DNA from: Nitrospirota bacterium
GTDB lineage: Bacteria > Nitrospirota > Nitrospiria > 2-01-FULL-66-17
DNA length: 64,000 nucleotides
Assembly: GCA_049325335.1 (NCBI GenBank)
Contig: JBMOMC010000002.1
Coordinates: 352,001-416,000 of the forward strand
Reading direction: 5' to 3'
Below the pieces are notes generated by a model. It worked only from the letters and a program-made list of their open reading frames with translations. It was not told the origin of the DNA and did no database searches. The translations under genes were made by a program, and so were the position numbers. Of this stretch, positions 32,001 to 39,866 are shown one piece after another. Within the stretch, counting starts at the first letter, position 1. The number at the start of each line of letters is the position of its first letter.

Positions 32001-33042
32001 TACCTCGTTGGCGCCCGGCGTGTACAATGTGCAGGTCACCAACCCTGCTCCGGCCGGCGGTCTCAGTGGAACCCTATCGTCCGGGTTCACGGTCGTCGCG
32101 CCGTTACCAACTGTTGATGACGTGACCCCGAATCCCGTCACGTACGCAGTTACGCCGACGACCAACATTACGATTTTCGGCACCAACTTTGTCTTGGGCT
32201 CAACCGTGACGGTGGGTCCGCTGTCGGGAACTACGGTTGCCGGCACGACAGCCACCGCCGCAGTCCCGTTCGTGCGGGTGAGCAGCAGCCAGATCCGGGT
32301 GTACTGGAGCAATACCTCGCTTGCACCCGGTTCCTACACCATCACGATCGCCAACCCGTCGGCAACCGGCGGTCTTGCCGGTTCTCGAGTGAATGGGTTC
32401 ACGGTCTCGCCCGCACAACCGTTCATTGATCCGTCGACCGTCACGTCGGCTACCTGGGGAGTGTTGACGAGTCGCGCGATGAACGTGTTCGGCAGCGATT
32501 TTGTGGTGGGAGCGACGTTGACCGTCGGCAGTCTCACCGGTCAAGTCGTGACCGGGACCGCCGCGACGGCTGCGGTGCCGTTTGTCATGATCAGCAGCGG
32601 TCGGCTCCAGTTCTGGTGGCCGAATACCTCGCTGGCGCCGGGGTCGTATGCCGTCACCGTGGTAAATCCGGCTGCCTCGGGCGGACTCTCGGCCACCGCG
32701 CCCAATACATTCGTCGTGACGTCGCCGCAACCCAGCATTGCGCCGCCGCTGATTCCGTCTCCGGTGACGCGTGGTGTGACCACAAGTCGGGCGATCACGA
32801 TATTCGGCACTGACTTTACCCCTGGAGCCACGATCAGCGTAGGGGGGATTCTGGTGGGCACGACGGTCACCGGGTCCGCGGCAACTGCGGCTGTTCCGTT
32901 CGTGTTTGTCAACAGCGGGCGGCTGAGTTTCTGGTGGAACAATCTGTCGTTGCCGGTTGGATCGTACGACGTGACCGTCACCAACGCGGCGGGAGGCGGC
33001 GGATTATCCACGACGTCCGTCGGTGCGTTCGTGGTCGAGTAA
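29053..33042 (+). CDS. Large secreted protein: monoheme cytochrome c + FN3-like + FG-GAP + 9 IPT/TIG-like domains (1329 aa)
   Basis: Signal peptide (AQA), CNQCH at 29206-29220, GDFNEDGLDDLAV / GDFTGDGILDLAV FG-GAP repeats, tandem 104-aa Ig-like repeats; SD GAGGG before ATG 29053. Confidence 0.85.
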   Translation: MKSQWWWRAALVGLVLVVLGTGASMLAPSAAQAASCAGATAPCAEDPALDACNQCHSMTMTTGNRNGTDRPITLSNGSDRHILGPREPDFTATVAGMLSKGAAGIAARITAYLNTNYCTTCTGPILSSASLSNIVSNGVTISWTTSANDFADSMATSCVLYGTSTSSLTGNTCDTGDPNYDPNSATLVASHQVTLTGLDSLTEYFVVHQSTSGAQTTSYSLASSFTTPPPDGGGGGDGALGTIISLAVGNYDAGTTLDLGIGVSSKNHVIAYLGVGNGTFTEGQTLANVGTTPAGITTGGVKGDFNEDGLDDLAVVNFADGSKDVKVFLGTTPSGFETVEVSRKAFVDPPTSVVTGDFTGDGILDLAVATVHTPAPAMGHVLILPGIGVGGSGTGSFGDPIFTIDVPISVGFAPTITSITPGSVDCLGLPSEITITGNLLLNGSPVYLDGTTPLTVISYSANASIVARIPAGTSAGTHLVTVQVGAAAATASFSVTPRGVSIFSVTPSSKLYGVDPSGEVIISGDGFTVGGTVSIGPYTGTTVAGLSASSSVPFVFVNSTTIRVFLPSTQFPVGQYNVYVLNQDACGGTVTLNNGYTVAAPQPTISDLSDPNVTYGVSTSRSIRVNGTGFVVGAQLTVGGLSGTVVQGTLATAAQPFVFISSSSLAFYWGNTSLPVGSYGVTVTNPTAAGGLSTTLAGGFVVMAPQPQVSSVSISPVTYGVTPSLAVMIEGSDFLPGAVITVSNLTGTTVPGSSATAAVPFVFVSSSRLSFYWANTSLAPGTYHVRVDNPSAGGGLFGILTNGFVVSGAVPQLSYLTPDPVTYGVSVSSQVTIFGSDFVVGATITVGSISGQTVSGTTATSSVPFVFVSSGVLRFYWNNTSLPPGAYTVQVTNPSAAGGGSSSLVAGFTVMAPQPQIINLTPESVTHSITPGMSISVFGSDFMVGSTITVGALSGVTVAGSVATAATPFVFTSSGIVRFYWANTSLAPGVYNVQVTNPAPAGGLSGTLSSGFTVVAPLPTVDDVTPNPVTYAVTPTTNITIFGTNFVLGSTVTVGPLSGTTVAGTTATAAVPFVRVSSSQIRVYWSNTSLAPGSYTITIANPSATGGLAGSRVNGFTVSPAQPFIDPSTVTSATWGVLTSRAMNVFGSDFVVGATLTVGSLTGQVVTGTAATAAVPFVMISSGRLQFWWPNTSLAPGSYAVTVVNPAASGGLSATAPNTFVVTSPQPSIAPPLIPSPVTRGVTTSRAITIFGTDFTPGATISVGGILVGTTVTGSAATAAVPFVFVNSGRLSFWWNNLSLPVGSYDVTVTNAAGGGGLSTTSVGAFVVE
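30544..33039 (+). repeat. Eight tandem 312-bp (104-aa) intragenic repeats
   Basis: Units begin at 30544, 30856, 31168, 31480, 31792, 32104, 32416 and 32728. Consensus includes GSDF..GA.(I/L)TVG..G..V.G..ATAAVPFVF.SS..L.FYW.NTSL.PG.Y.V.V.NP...GG. Confidence 0.9.
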
Positions 33043-33058
33043 ACCGAATGTCGTAGGA

Positions 33059-34423
33059 ATGGGCGCGCCAAAAACCTGCGGGGTCTTGGCGTGCGTATTC
33101 TGGTTGATTAGTGCGGCAGCCCCTTCTTTCGCCGATGAGGCGGGGAAGGGGCTGTTTATTACCCAAGTGACCCTCCATCGGGACGCACCGTCTCGGGTGT
33201 TTGCGTTGACCACGTATTCGATCGGGCTACTCCGGAGCGTGGATCGCGGTGAAACGTGGTCGTCGGCCAATCACGGCATTCGGAGTTTTTCGCTGTACCG
33301 ACTCGCCCTTGACCCGAGAAATGCCGATCGTATCTACGTGGGCGCGGGCGGGGGCGGTGTCTATGTGAGCGAGGACGGGGGCAAGACCTTCGAGGAACGT
33401 AATGACGGATTGGGCAACACGGACATCGGTTTCCTGACGTTGCACCCGACACGGCCCGATCATCTGTACGTGGTCACTTCGACGGGCGTGTACCGAAGCC
33501 CTGACCGCGGGAGGACGTGGTCTCCCTGGAATCAGGGCGACCGGTTTACCGAAAGCCAACAGTGTCAGGACCTGGTGGTAGTCGCGTCGACACATCCGGA
33601 GACGGTGTTGCTGGCGTCCAATCGAGGGGTGTTCGTCCGGCGCGAAGGTGACCCTGAGTGGAAGGAGGATGCGAAGACTCTTGCCGGGCGCCGGATTACC
33701 GCCATGGCGATGCATCCTGACGAGCGGCGCGTGTTTGCCGCGGCGTTTCGCGACGGCCGGACGCTCTCGGGCGGCGGGTTGTACGAGAGCCGAAACGCCG
33801 GGTCATCGTGGCGACGCGTGGATCGCGGGCTCGACCAAGACTGGATTCGGGTCATTCGATTCGAGCCCGGGCAGCCGCGAGTGGCGTATGTGGCGACTTC
33901 GACGCGCGGGGTGCTCAAGAGCGCGGACGGCGGCGAGACGTGGTCGCCGATCAACAACGGATTAGGGAGCCTGGATGTCCGGGCGCTGACCATCGACCCG
34001 ACGGACCGGCGCAGGCTCTATGCCGGCACCCATGGCGCCGGCGTGTTTGGATCCACGGACGGGGGGGCGCATTGGCGGCCGCTCGACCGCCTGCCCGCCA
34101 TATCTCCCGAGGAGATCATCGCGTCACTGAAACACCGTGACGCCGAGGAACTATCCCCGGACCTCACGCCCCCTCCGGCGTTTTCCAGATGTAACAAGTG
34201 CCACGGCTGGACCGACCCGGCACTGAATCAGGCCGCGCACAGTCTGTGGCTCATGCCGCCCAATCGTCGCGATTGGGCGGCAACCGTTCGCAGGATGCAG
34301 GGCCCTGCTGGGTTCTCGGACGCGGAAGTGCGTGACGTCGCCGAGTTTTTGACCCGATATTCGGAATCCCGCGTCGCTCGACAACGGGCCGAGCAACGCG
34401 GCGGATCGCTCACCGCCCCGTAG
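33059..34423 (+). CDS. Secreted BNR/Asp-box beta-propeller protein with C-terminal monoheme cytochrome c
   Basis: Repeated S.D.G.(T/S)W/F Asp-boxes; CNKCH at 34190-34204 followed by RRDWAATVRRM..EVRDVAEFL..Y; signal peptide. Confidence 0.85.
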   Translation: MGAPKTCGVLACVFWLISAAAPSFADEAGKGLFITQVTLHRDAPSRVFALTTYSIGLLRSVDRGETWSSANHGIRSFSLYRLALDPRNADRIYVGAGGGGVYVSEDGGKTFEERNDGLGNTDIGFLTLHPTRPDHLYVVTSTGVYRSPDRGRTWSPWNQGDRFTESQQCQDLVVVASTHPETVLLASNRGVFVRREGDPEWKEDAKTLAGRRITAMAMHPDERRVFAAAFRDGRTLSGGGLYESRNAGSSWRRVDRGLDQDWIRVIRFEPGQPRVAYVATSTRGVLKSADGGETWSPINNGLGSLDVRALTIDPTDRRRLYAGTHGAGVFGSTDGGAHWRPLDRLPAISPEEIIASLKHRDAEELSPDLTPPPAFSRCNKCHGWTDPALNQAAHSLWLMPPNRRDWAATVRRMQGPAGFSDAEVRDVAEFLTRYSESRVARQRAEQRGGSLTAP

Positions 34424-34450
34424 TCCAACGACCGATGAGGCGGTGCGACC

Positions 34451-34497
34451 TTGACAACACGTACGAGTCCGTGATATTAGACTGACCAGTCGGTTTT
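34451..34497 (+). promoter_or_regulatory. Promoter plus putative TetR operator
   Basis: TTGACA at 34451; imperfect palindrome TAGACTGACCAGTCGGTTTT (34478-34497) resembling NemR/LmrA-type boxes, directly upstream of the tetR gene. Confidence 0.6.
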
Positions 34498-34504
34498 ATA
34501 TGGT

Positions 34505-35122
34505 ATGTTATCGGCTAAGTCTGACATCACACGTAAGGGAGAGCGGACACGGCAACGGATCGTGGAGACGGCGCGCGTCTTGTTCCATGCTCGGGGGTAT
34601 GGCAACACGAGTATGGACGACATCGTGCGTAGGTCCCGCGTGACCAAGGGAAACCTGTACTACTACTTCGCGAGCAAGGAGGAACTAGGGCAGGCGGTGC
34701 TGGAGCTCACTATCGCGGAGCAGTTCGAGTCCGGCGCGGCGCTCGAGCACAACGGGCCGGAGGAACACATTGCCGCGATGTTCCGACGCGCCGAACAAGC
34801 GTTGTCGGACGGCCGGTGCAAGGGGGGGTGTCTCTTCGGGAACTTGGCGTTGGAAGTGTCTGATTCGCACGACGGACTGCGACGGACGCTTGATCAGGCG
34901 TTCACCGCGTGGGAGCGGCGGGTGGCCGATCTGTTGGCGCAAGGGGTTCGCGACGGGGTGTTCTCGCGTGAGCTCGAACCGCGCGCCGCCGCGCGGTTCG
35001 TGGTGGCGACGCTGGAGGGGGGCATTCTGCTGGCCAAGGTGACGCGCGAGGTGGACGCGCTGCGCGCGTGCGCCGCGATGGTGGCGCGTGTGTTGGATGG
35101 ATTTCGGGAGACGTCGCGATGA
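34505..35122 (+). CDS. TetR/AcrR family regulator (NemR/LmrA-like)
   Basis: RGYGNTSMDDI..VTKGNLYYYFASKEEL HTH; GCLFGNLALE. Confidence 0.92.
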   Translation: MLSAKSDITRKGERTRQRIVETARVLFHARGYGNTSMDDIVRRSRVTKGNLYYYFASKEELGQAVLELTIAEQFESGAALEHNGPEEHIAAMFRRAEQALSDGRCKGGCLFGNLALEVSDSHDGLRRTLDQAFTAWERRVADLLAQGVRDGVFSRELEPRAAARFVVATLEGGILLAKVTREVDALRACAAMVARVLDGFRETSR

Positions 35123-35136
35123 GCGAGGGACGCGCG

Positions 35137-35895
35137 ATGCGGCTGCGGGACAAGGTGGCGGTGGTCACGGGCGGCGGAACCGGGATCGGCGAGGCGATCG
35201 CCCGTCGATTTGCCGGGGAAGGCGCTCGAGTGGCGATCACCGGGCGCCGCCAGGCCGTGTTGGACCGCGTGGCGGTCGATATCGGGTGCGCCGGCGGTCG
35301 GGCCGTGGCGTTGCCGGGCAGCGTGACCAACCAGCGCGACGTGCAGGACGCGGTGGCGAGCGTGCTGAACACGTTCGGCCGGATCGACGTGCTCGTCAAC
35401 AACGCGGGGAACCTGTTTCACGCGGGGCCGCTGCACGAGACCACGGACCAGGTGTGGAACGAAACCATCGATCTCTTTCTCACGGCGGTGTTCCGGTTCA
35501 GCCGCGCGGTGATCCCTCATATGCTGGCGCAGGGCGGGGGCGTGATCATCAATATCTCGACCGTCTCGGCGCTCAAGGCGATGCCGGGGTTTCCCGCGCA
35601 CGCGTACGCCGCGGCGAAGGCGGGCGTGAACATGTTGACCAAGACCATCGCGATCCAATACGCCAAGCAGGGCATCCGGTGCAACGCGATCTGCCCGGCG
35701 GGCGTGGACACTCCCGGGGTGGCCGCGATGACGTCCGATCCCGTGTTGCGGGCCGGATTTGACGCCATGCATCCGATCGGACGCATGGGCCGGCCTGAGG
35801 AGATCGCCGCGGCCGCAGCCTACCTGGCGTCCGACGACGCGGTGTGGACTACGGGCGTCATCCTCGCGGTGGACGGCGGAGTGACGGCTCAGTGA
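35137..35895 (+). CDS. SDR family oxidoreductase
   Basis: MRLRDKVAVVTGGGTGIG, NNAG, YAAAK, VDGG. Confidence 0.92.
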   Translation: MRLRDKVAVVTGGGTGIGEAIARRFAGEGARVAITGRRQAVLDRVAVDIGCAGGRAVALPGSVTNQRDVQDAVASVLNTFGRIDVLVNNAGNLFHAGPLHETTDQVWNETIDLFLTAVFRFSRAVIPHMLAQGGGVIINISTVSALKAMPGFPAHAYAAAKAGVNMLTKTIAIQYAKQGIRCNAICPAGVDTPGVAAMTSDPVLRAGFDAMHPIGRMGRPEEIAAAAAYLASDDAVWTTGVILAVDGGVTAQ

Positions 35896-35956
35896 CGCAA
35901 AGACTCGCACACGGGTGGTCGTATCACCAGACAGAATGGGAAAAACATAAAGACCT

Positions 35957-35989
35957 TGGAGTGACGCGCTCGCGCGCGTCACTCCATTT
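35957..35989 (+). terminator. Perfect 13-bp hairpin, terminator-like
   Basis: TGGAGTGACGCGC-TCGC-GCGCGTCACTCCA followed by TTT. Confidence 0.5.
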
Positions 35990-36025
35990 CGCGAGCGAGG
36001 AAACGAGGAAGGGAGGTGAGAGCGT

Positions 36026-36217
36026 ATGGAGTGTGTGAAATGTCGGGGACTGATGGTGCCTGACCGGTTCGTGGACCTGGCGGAAAGCGGGGAGCGCGAG
36101 TTCGGCGGGTGGCGGTGTCTGGTGTGCGGCAACATCACCGATCCGGTGATCGTGGCCAACCGGCTTCAGCCGCCCGCGCCCAAGCGGCCGCTGCGCAAGC
36201 GGCAGCTTGCGGCGTAA
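36026..36217 (+). CDS. Small Nitrospira-type zinc-ribbon protein
   Basis: MECVKCRGLM..GWRCLVCGNITDPVIVANR; strong SD GGAGGT. Confidence 0.8.
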   Translation: MECVKCRGLMVPDRFVDLAESGEREFGGWRCLVCGNITDPVIVANRLQPPAPKRPLRKRQLAA

Positions 36218-36234
36218 TTGGAACGCGAGGACGT

Positions 36235-37212
36235 ATGACGCACGCGGCAGTGATCGAACGCACTGGGGGCCCCGAGGTTCTGACCTGGCGCGAATACGCG
36301 GTGCCTGATCCGGGACCGGGCGAAGCGCGGGTTCGGCACCGCGCGGTGGGGTTGAATTTCATCGACGTGTATCACCGGCGTGGATTGTACCCGCTGCCCG
36401 CGCTACCGGCGGTCATCGGATCGGAAGCCGCGGGTCGCGTCGAAGCGGTAGGCCCCGGCGTTCGTGATGTCGCGGTGGGCGACCGCGTGGCCTATGCGGG
36501 CGGACCCACCGGGGCCTACAGCGAAGCGCGCGTGGTGCCCGTGGACCGGCTCGTCAGGTTGCCGGACGGGATCGACGACCGCCATGCCGCCGCCATGATG
36601 CTCAAGGGCATGACCGCGGAATACCTGCTGCGCCGAACGTTCCGCGTCGGGCCGGGACACACCATTCTGGTGCACGCTGCGGCCGGCGGCGTGGGGTTGA
36701 TCATGTGCCAATGGGCGTCGGCGTTGGGCGCCACCGTGATCGGCACCGTGGGCACGCGTGAGAAAGCCTTGTTGGCCGCCTCGCACGGGTGTGCGCACCC
36801 CATCGTGACGTCGGAGGAAGACTTCGTGGCGCGCGTGAAATCGATCACCAACGGCCGTGGCGTGCCCGTGGTGTACGATTCGGTGGGCCAGGACACATTC
36901 ATGCGCTCGCTCGACTGCCTCACCCCGCGCGGGATGATGGTCAGCTTCGGCCAATCCTCGGGCATGGTCCCGCTGTTGGACATCACGGTCCTGTCGGCCA
37001 AGGGCTCGTTGTATCTGACCCGGCCGACCTTGTTCGGGTACACCGCGACGCGAGCAGACCTCATCACCAGCGCGTCGGCAGTGTTCGACGTGGTGCTCAA
37101 GGGCGCGGTGCGCATTGAAGTCGGCCAAACCTACCCGTTGCGCGAGGTGGCGCGCGCACACGCGGACCTGGAAGCGCGCCGCACCATGGGCTCGACCGTG
37201 CTCATTCCATGA
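36235..37212 (+). CDS. qor: NADPH:quinone oxidoreductase (zeta-crystallin family)
   Basis: GLNFIDVY..GLYP, HAAAGGVG, VVYDSVG, GSLYLTRPTL. Confidence 0.92.
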   Translation: MTHAAVIERTGGPEVLTWREYAVPDPGPGEARVRHRAVGLNFIDVYHRRGLYPLPALPAVIGSEAAGRVEAVGPGVRDVAVGDRVAYAGGPTGAYSEARVVPVDRLVRLPDGIDDRHAAAMMLKGMTAEYLLRRTFRVGPGHTILVHAAAGGVGLIMCQWASALGATVIGTVGTREKALLAASHGCAHPIVTSEEDFVARVKSITNGRGVPVVYDSVGQDTFMRSLDCLTPRGMMVSFGQSSGMVPLLDITVLSAKGSLYLTRPTLFGYTATRADLITSASAVFDVVLKGAVRIEVGQTYPLREVARAHADLEARRTMGSTVLIP

Positions 37213-37775
37213 GCCGCGAGAGCGCGACGATCCAACCGATTCTGATCATTCCCGGTTGGGGTGATTCCGGTCCCGGCCATTGGCAAACCGTGTGGGAGGC
37301 CTCGTTGCCCGGCGCGCAACGCGTCAGACAACGTGACTGGGAGCGTCCGGCCCGCGCGGATTGGGTGGCCTTCCTGGATGCGGCCATCGAGGCCTGCGCG
37401 ACGCCGCCGGTGTTGATCGCGCACTCGTTGGGCTGTCTAGCCGTAGTGCATTGGGCCGCGGCCCACCACCGGTCCGTGGCCGGAGCCTTGCTGGTGGCGC
37501 CGGTGGACGCCGAGCGCAGGGAATTCCCCCAGACCATCACCGGGTTCGCGCCGGTGCCCACCGCGCGGGTGCGGTTTCCCAGCGTGGTGGCGGCGTCGGC
37601 GAACGATCCGTTCATGCAGCAGGCGCGGGCTCGAACGTTGGCGGACGCGTGGGGGAGTCGTTTCGTGGACGTCGGACGCTGTGGACATATCAATACCGCA
37701 GCAGGGTTCGGCCCTTGGCCGGACGGCGAGGCCCTGCTCAAGGGGCTGCTTGCGGAGATCGCGTCCGGGATCTAA
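37209..37775 (+). CDS. RBBP9/YdeN family alpha/beta hydrolase
   Basis: PGWGDSGPGHWQ, AHSLGC, NDP, GHIN...GFGPWP. Confidence 0.9.
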   Translation: MSRESATIQPILIIPGWGDSGPGHWQTVWEASLPGAQRVRQRDWERPARADWVAFLDAAIEACATPPVLIAHSLGCLAVVHWAAAHHRSVAGALLVAPVDAERREFPQTITGFAPVPTARVRFPSVVAASANDPFMQQARARTLADAWGSRFVDVGRCGHINTAAGFGPWPDGEALLKGLLAEIASGI

Positions 37776-37889
37776 ACTTGCTCCTGCTACATTGCGCCCC
37801 CCATCGTCCTTGTGCTAAGGTGTCGCCTCTAGTGATCCGTGTCCCGATGGTCGGAGTGTTTCCGTTCTCTGCTCGGAGAGGAGCCCTCC

Positions 37890-38369
37890 ATGATGGCGAT
37901 CCGCGCCGCATTGGTCCCGATCGATTTCAGCGACGGCTCGTTGGCGGCGCTACAACATGCCGTCGGACACGTCTTGGCGCAACAGGGGACCGTGCATTTG
38001 CTCCACGTCGTTGATCCCGTGGCCGGCGGACTGTGGGCGGGAGACGTGGTCGCCTCGTCCGTGCTGACTCGATTTCAGGATCGCCTCAATCCCTTGGGGG
38101 AGCTGGTGACCGCCAGGGGCGTGAAGGTCAAAAAACACGTGGTGGTCGGCTCCATCGCGGATGAAATACTGGCGACGGCGGATCGCTGTCGCGTTGATCT
38201 CATCGTGATGGGGACGCACGGGCGATCCGGTTGGGGACATCCCCTGCTCGGCGGCGTCACGGAGCGGGTCGTGCGCCGCTCGGTTTGTCCGGTCTTGACC
38301 GTCAAAGAGCGCCGGTCGGCGTCACGCGTTCAATCGCGTTCCGCCGTCGGCGTATCCGCGACTCGGTGA
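37890..38369 (+). CDS. Universal stress protein
   Basis: LVPIDFS, LLHVV, DLIVMGTHGRSG, GGVTERVVR...PVLTV. Confidence 0.92.
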   Translation: MMAIRAALVPIDFSDGSLAALQHAVGHVLAQQGTVHLLHVVDPVAGGLWAGDVVASSVLTRFQDRLNPLGELVTARGVKVKKHVVVGSIADEILATADRCRVDLIVMGTHGRSGWGHPLLGGVTERVVRRSVCPVLTVKERRSASRVQSRSAVGVSATR

Positions 38370-38397
38370 GTCCGCGCGCCGGGACCTTGTCTGCGGC

Positions 38398-39216
38398 GTG
38401 ATTCGCGGCCTCACTGCGTTGGCGACCGCGCTGGTCTCGTGTCTTGCCGCGTCCCCCGCGATTGCGTGGGGCGACAAAGGCCACCGCATCGTCGCCGTGA
38501 TCGCGGACTCCAGGCTCACCCCCTCGGCTCGGGAGGGGGTGCGAGCGCTGATCGGCCCCGCCACGCTGCGTGACGCGGCTACCTGGGCCGACGACATCCG
38601 CCGGCGCCGACCTGAGACCAAACCGTGGCACTACGTGGACATTCCGCTGGATCGAGACGAGTATCTCCCCGCGAAAGACTGCGCGCGTCCTCGATCAGGC
38701 GATTGCGTGGTGGCGGCGATCACTCGGTTTCAACGCGTCGTGGCCGACCGGAGCCGGCCGCGCGCGGAACGGGGGGAGGCGCTTCGGTTTCTCACGCATT
38801 TTGTCGCCGACCTCCACCAGCCGCTGCATGCCGCCGACCATCGCGACCGCGGTGGGAACGACGTGAAAGTCGTCTTCTTTGGCGAGGCGCTCCATCCCGC
38901 CGGCCGCACGCCGTGGAACCTCCACACGGTGTGGGACAGCGGGTTGATCGAACGCCGGGGCGTGAGCGTCTCGAAGTACGCGCAGCGCCTGACCAGGCGC
39001 ATTGCGCGTCAGTCGGTCGACGAACTCACTGGTGGTTCGGTGGTGGACTGGGCGCTGGAGGCGCATCAGGCCGCGATGGACACGGCCTACCGGTTGCCTC
39101 CTGATCGGCATTTGGGGGACGACTACGCGGAGAGGGCGCTGCCGGTGATCGACGACATGCTGGCCAAGGCGGGCGCGCGGTTGGCCCAGATGCTCAACGA
39201 TGCGTTGTCCCGATGA
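38398..39216 (+). CDS. S1/P1 family nuclease, secreted
   Basis: Signal peptide then WGDKGH, WAD, WHYVD, HFVADLHQPLH, NLHTVWD. Confidence 0.92.
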   Translation: MIRGLTALATALVSCLAASPAIAWGDKGHRIVAVIADSRLTPSAREGVRALIGPATLRDAATWADDIRRRRPETKPWHYVDIPLDRDEYLPAKDCARPRSGDCVVAAITRFQRVVADRSRPRAERGEALRFLTHFVADLHQPLHAADHRDRGGNDVKVVFFGEALHPAGRTPWNLHTVWDSGLIERRGVSVSKYAQRLTRRIARQSVDELTGGSVVDWALEAHQAAMDTAYRLPPDRHLGDDYAERALPVIDDMLAKAGARLAQMLNDALSR

Positions 39217-39249
39217 CCGGGCGCCGGATCGTTTGCCGCGCGAGCCGTG

Positions 39250-39507
39250 CTACCAGACCACGACCGAGTCGGCCTCCCAGATCAGGTCCGCCAGCCGGTT
39301 ATCATCGATCAACGGATACGAGGAGTCGATTCCTCTGGCTTGGGCGTCGCGCTCGAGGACGAACGTAGGGCACGTCATGGGCGGCCGGGCGCCGACCGCG
39401 TCCTGGATCAACACGATCGAGCACGCATCGCTGGCCCCGCGCGGGCTGATTAGATCCCACGGATAGGTCGCGTCCGTGCGTTTGACCAGATGGAGTGTGT
39501 GAACCAT
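39250..39507 (-). CDS. DsrH/TusB-like protein
   Basis: TLHLV, VLIQDAV, DAQARG, SVVVW C-terminus. Confidence 0.7.
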   Translation of the reverse strand: MVHTLHLVKRTDATYPWDLISPRGASDACSIVLIQDAVGARPPMTCPTFVLERDAQARGIDSSYPLIDDNRLADLIWEADSVVVW

Positions 39508-39512
39508 GTGAG

Positions 39513-39866
39513 CTAAAACGCGATGACGCGATCAGCCTGCGCCATCAAGTCAGCGATCGCCGCGGCGTTAACCGGGATCATCCGAAAGTCGCTCTCACCC
39601 GCGTCGCGGCCCTTCAGGGCGTCTTGCTCCACGTAGAACCCCGGCTCCAGGGCCTCGGCCAGAGAGGGGAGGTACTTTTCGACCTCCTCGGCGGAAGCCG
39701 AGTCTTCGGCATCGGGAAACAGGAGTCCGATTGCCGGGCCGCGCAGCACCACCGTCACTGTGTGCGTGCCGCTCCCAAGGCCCAGGGCAATACGAATCGC
39801 TTCCCCGGGCCGTGCGCTGGTCATGGGGTCGCCCGTGACCAGGACCAGGATGCGCCGGCCTGCCAT
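39513..39866 (-). CDS. DsrF/TusC-like (DsrE family) protein
   Basis: ILVLVTGDP..R..EAIRIALG, ADRVIAF; middle gene of the triad. Confidence 0.7.
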   Translation of the reverse strand: MAGRRILVLVTGDPMTSARPGEAIRIALGLGSGTHTVTVVLRGPAIGLLFPDAEDSASAEEVEKYLPSLAEALEPGFYVEQDALKGRDAGESDFRMIPVNAAAIADLMAQADRVIAF

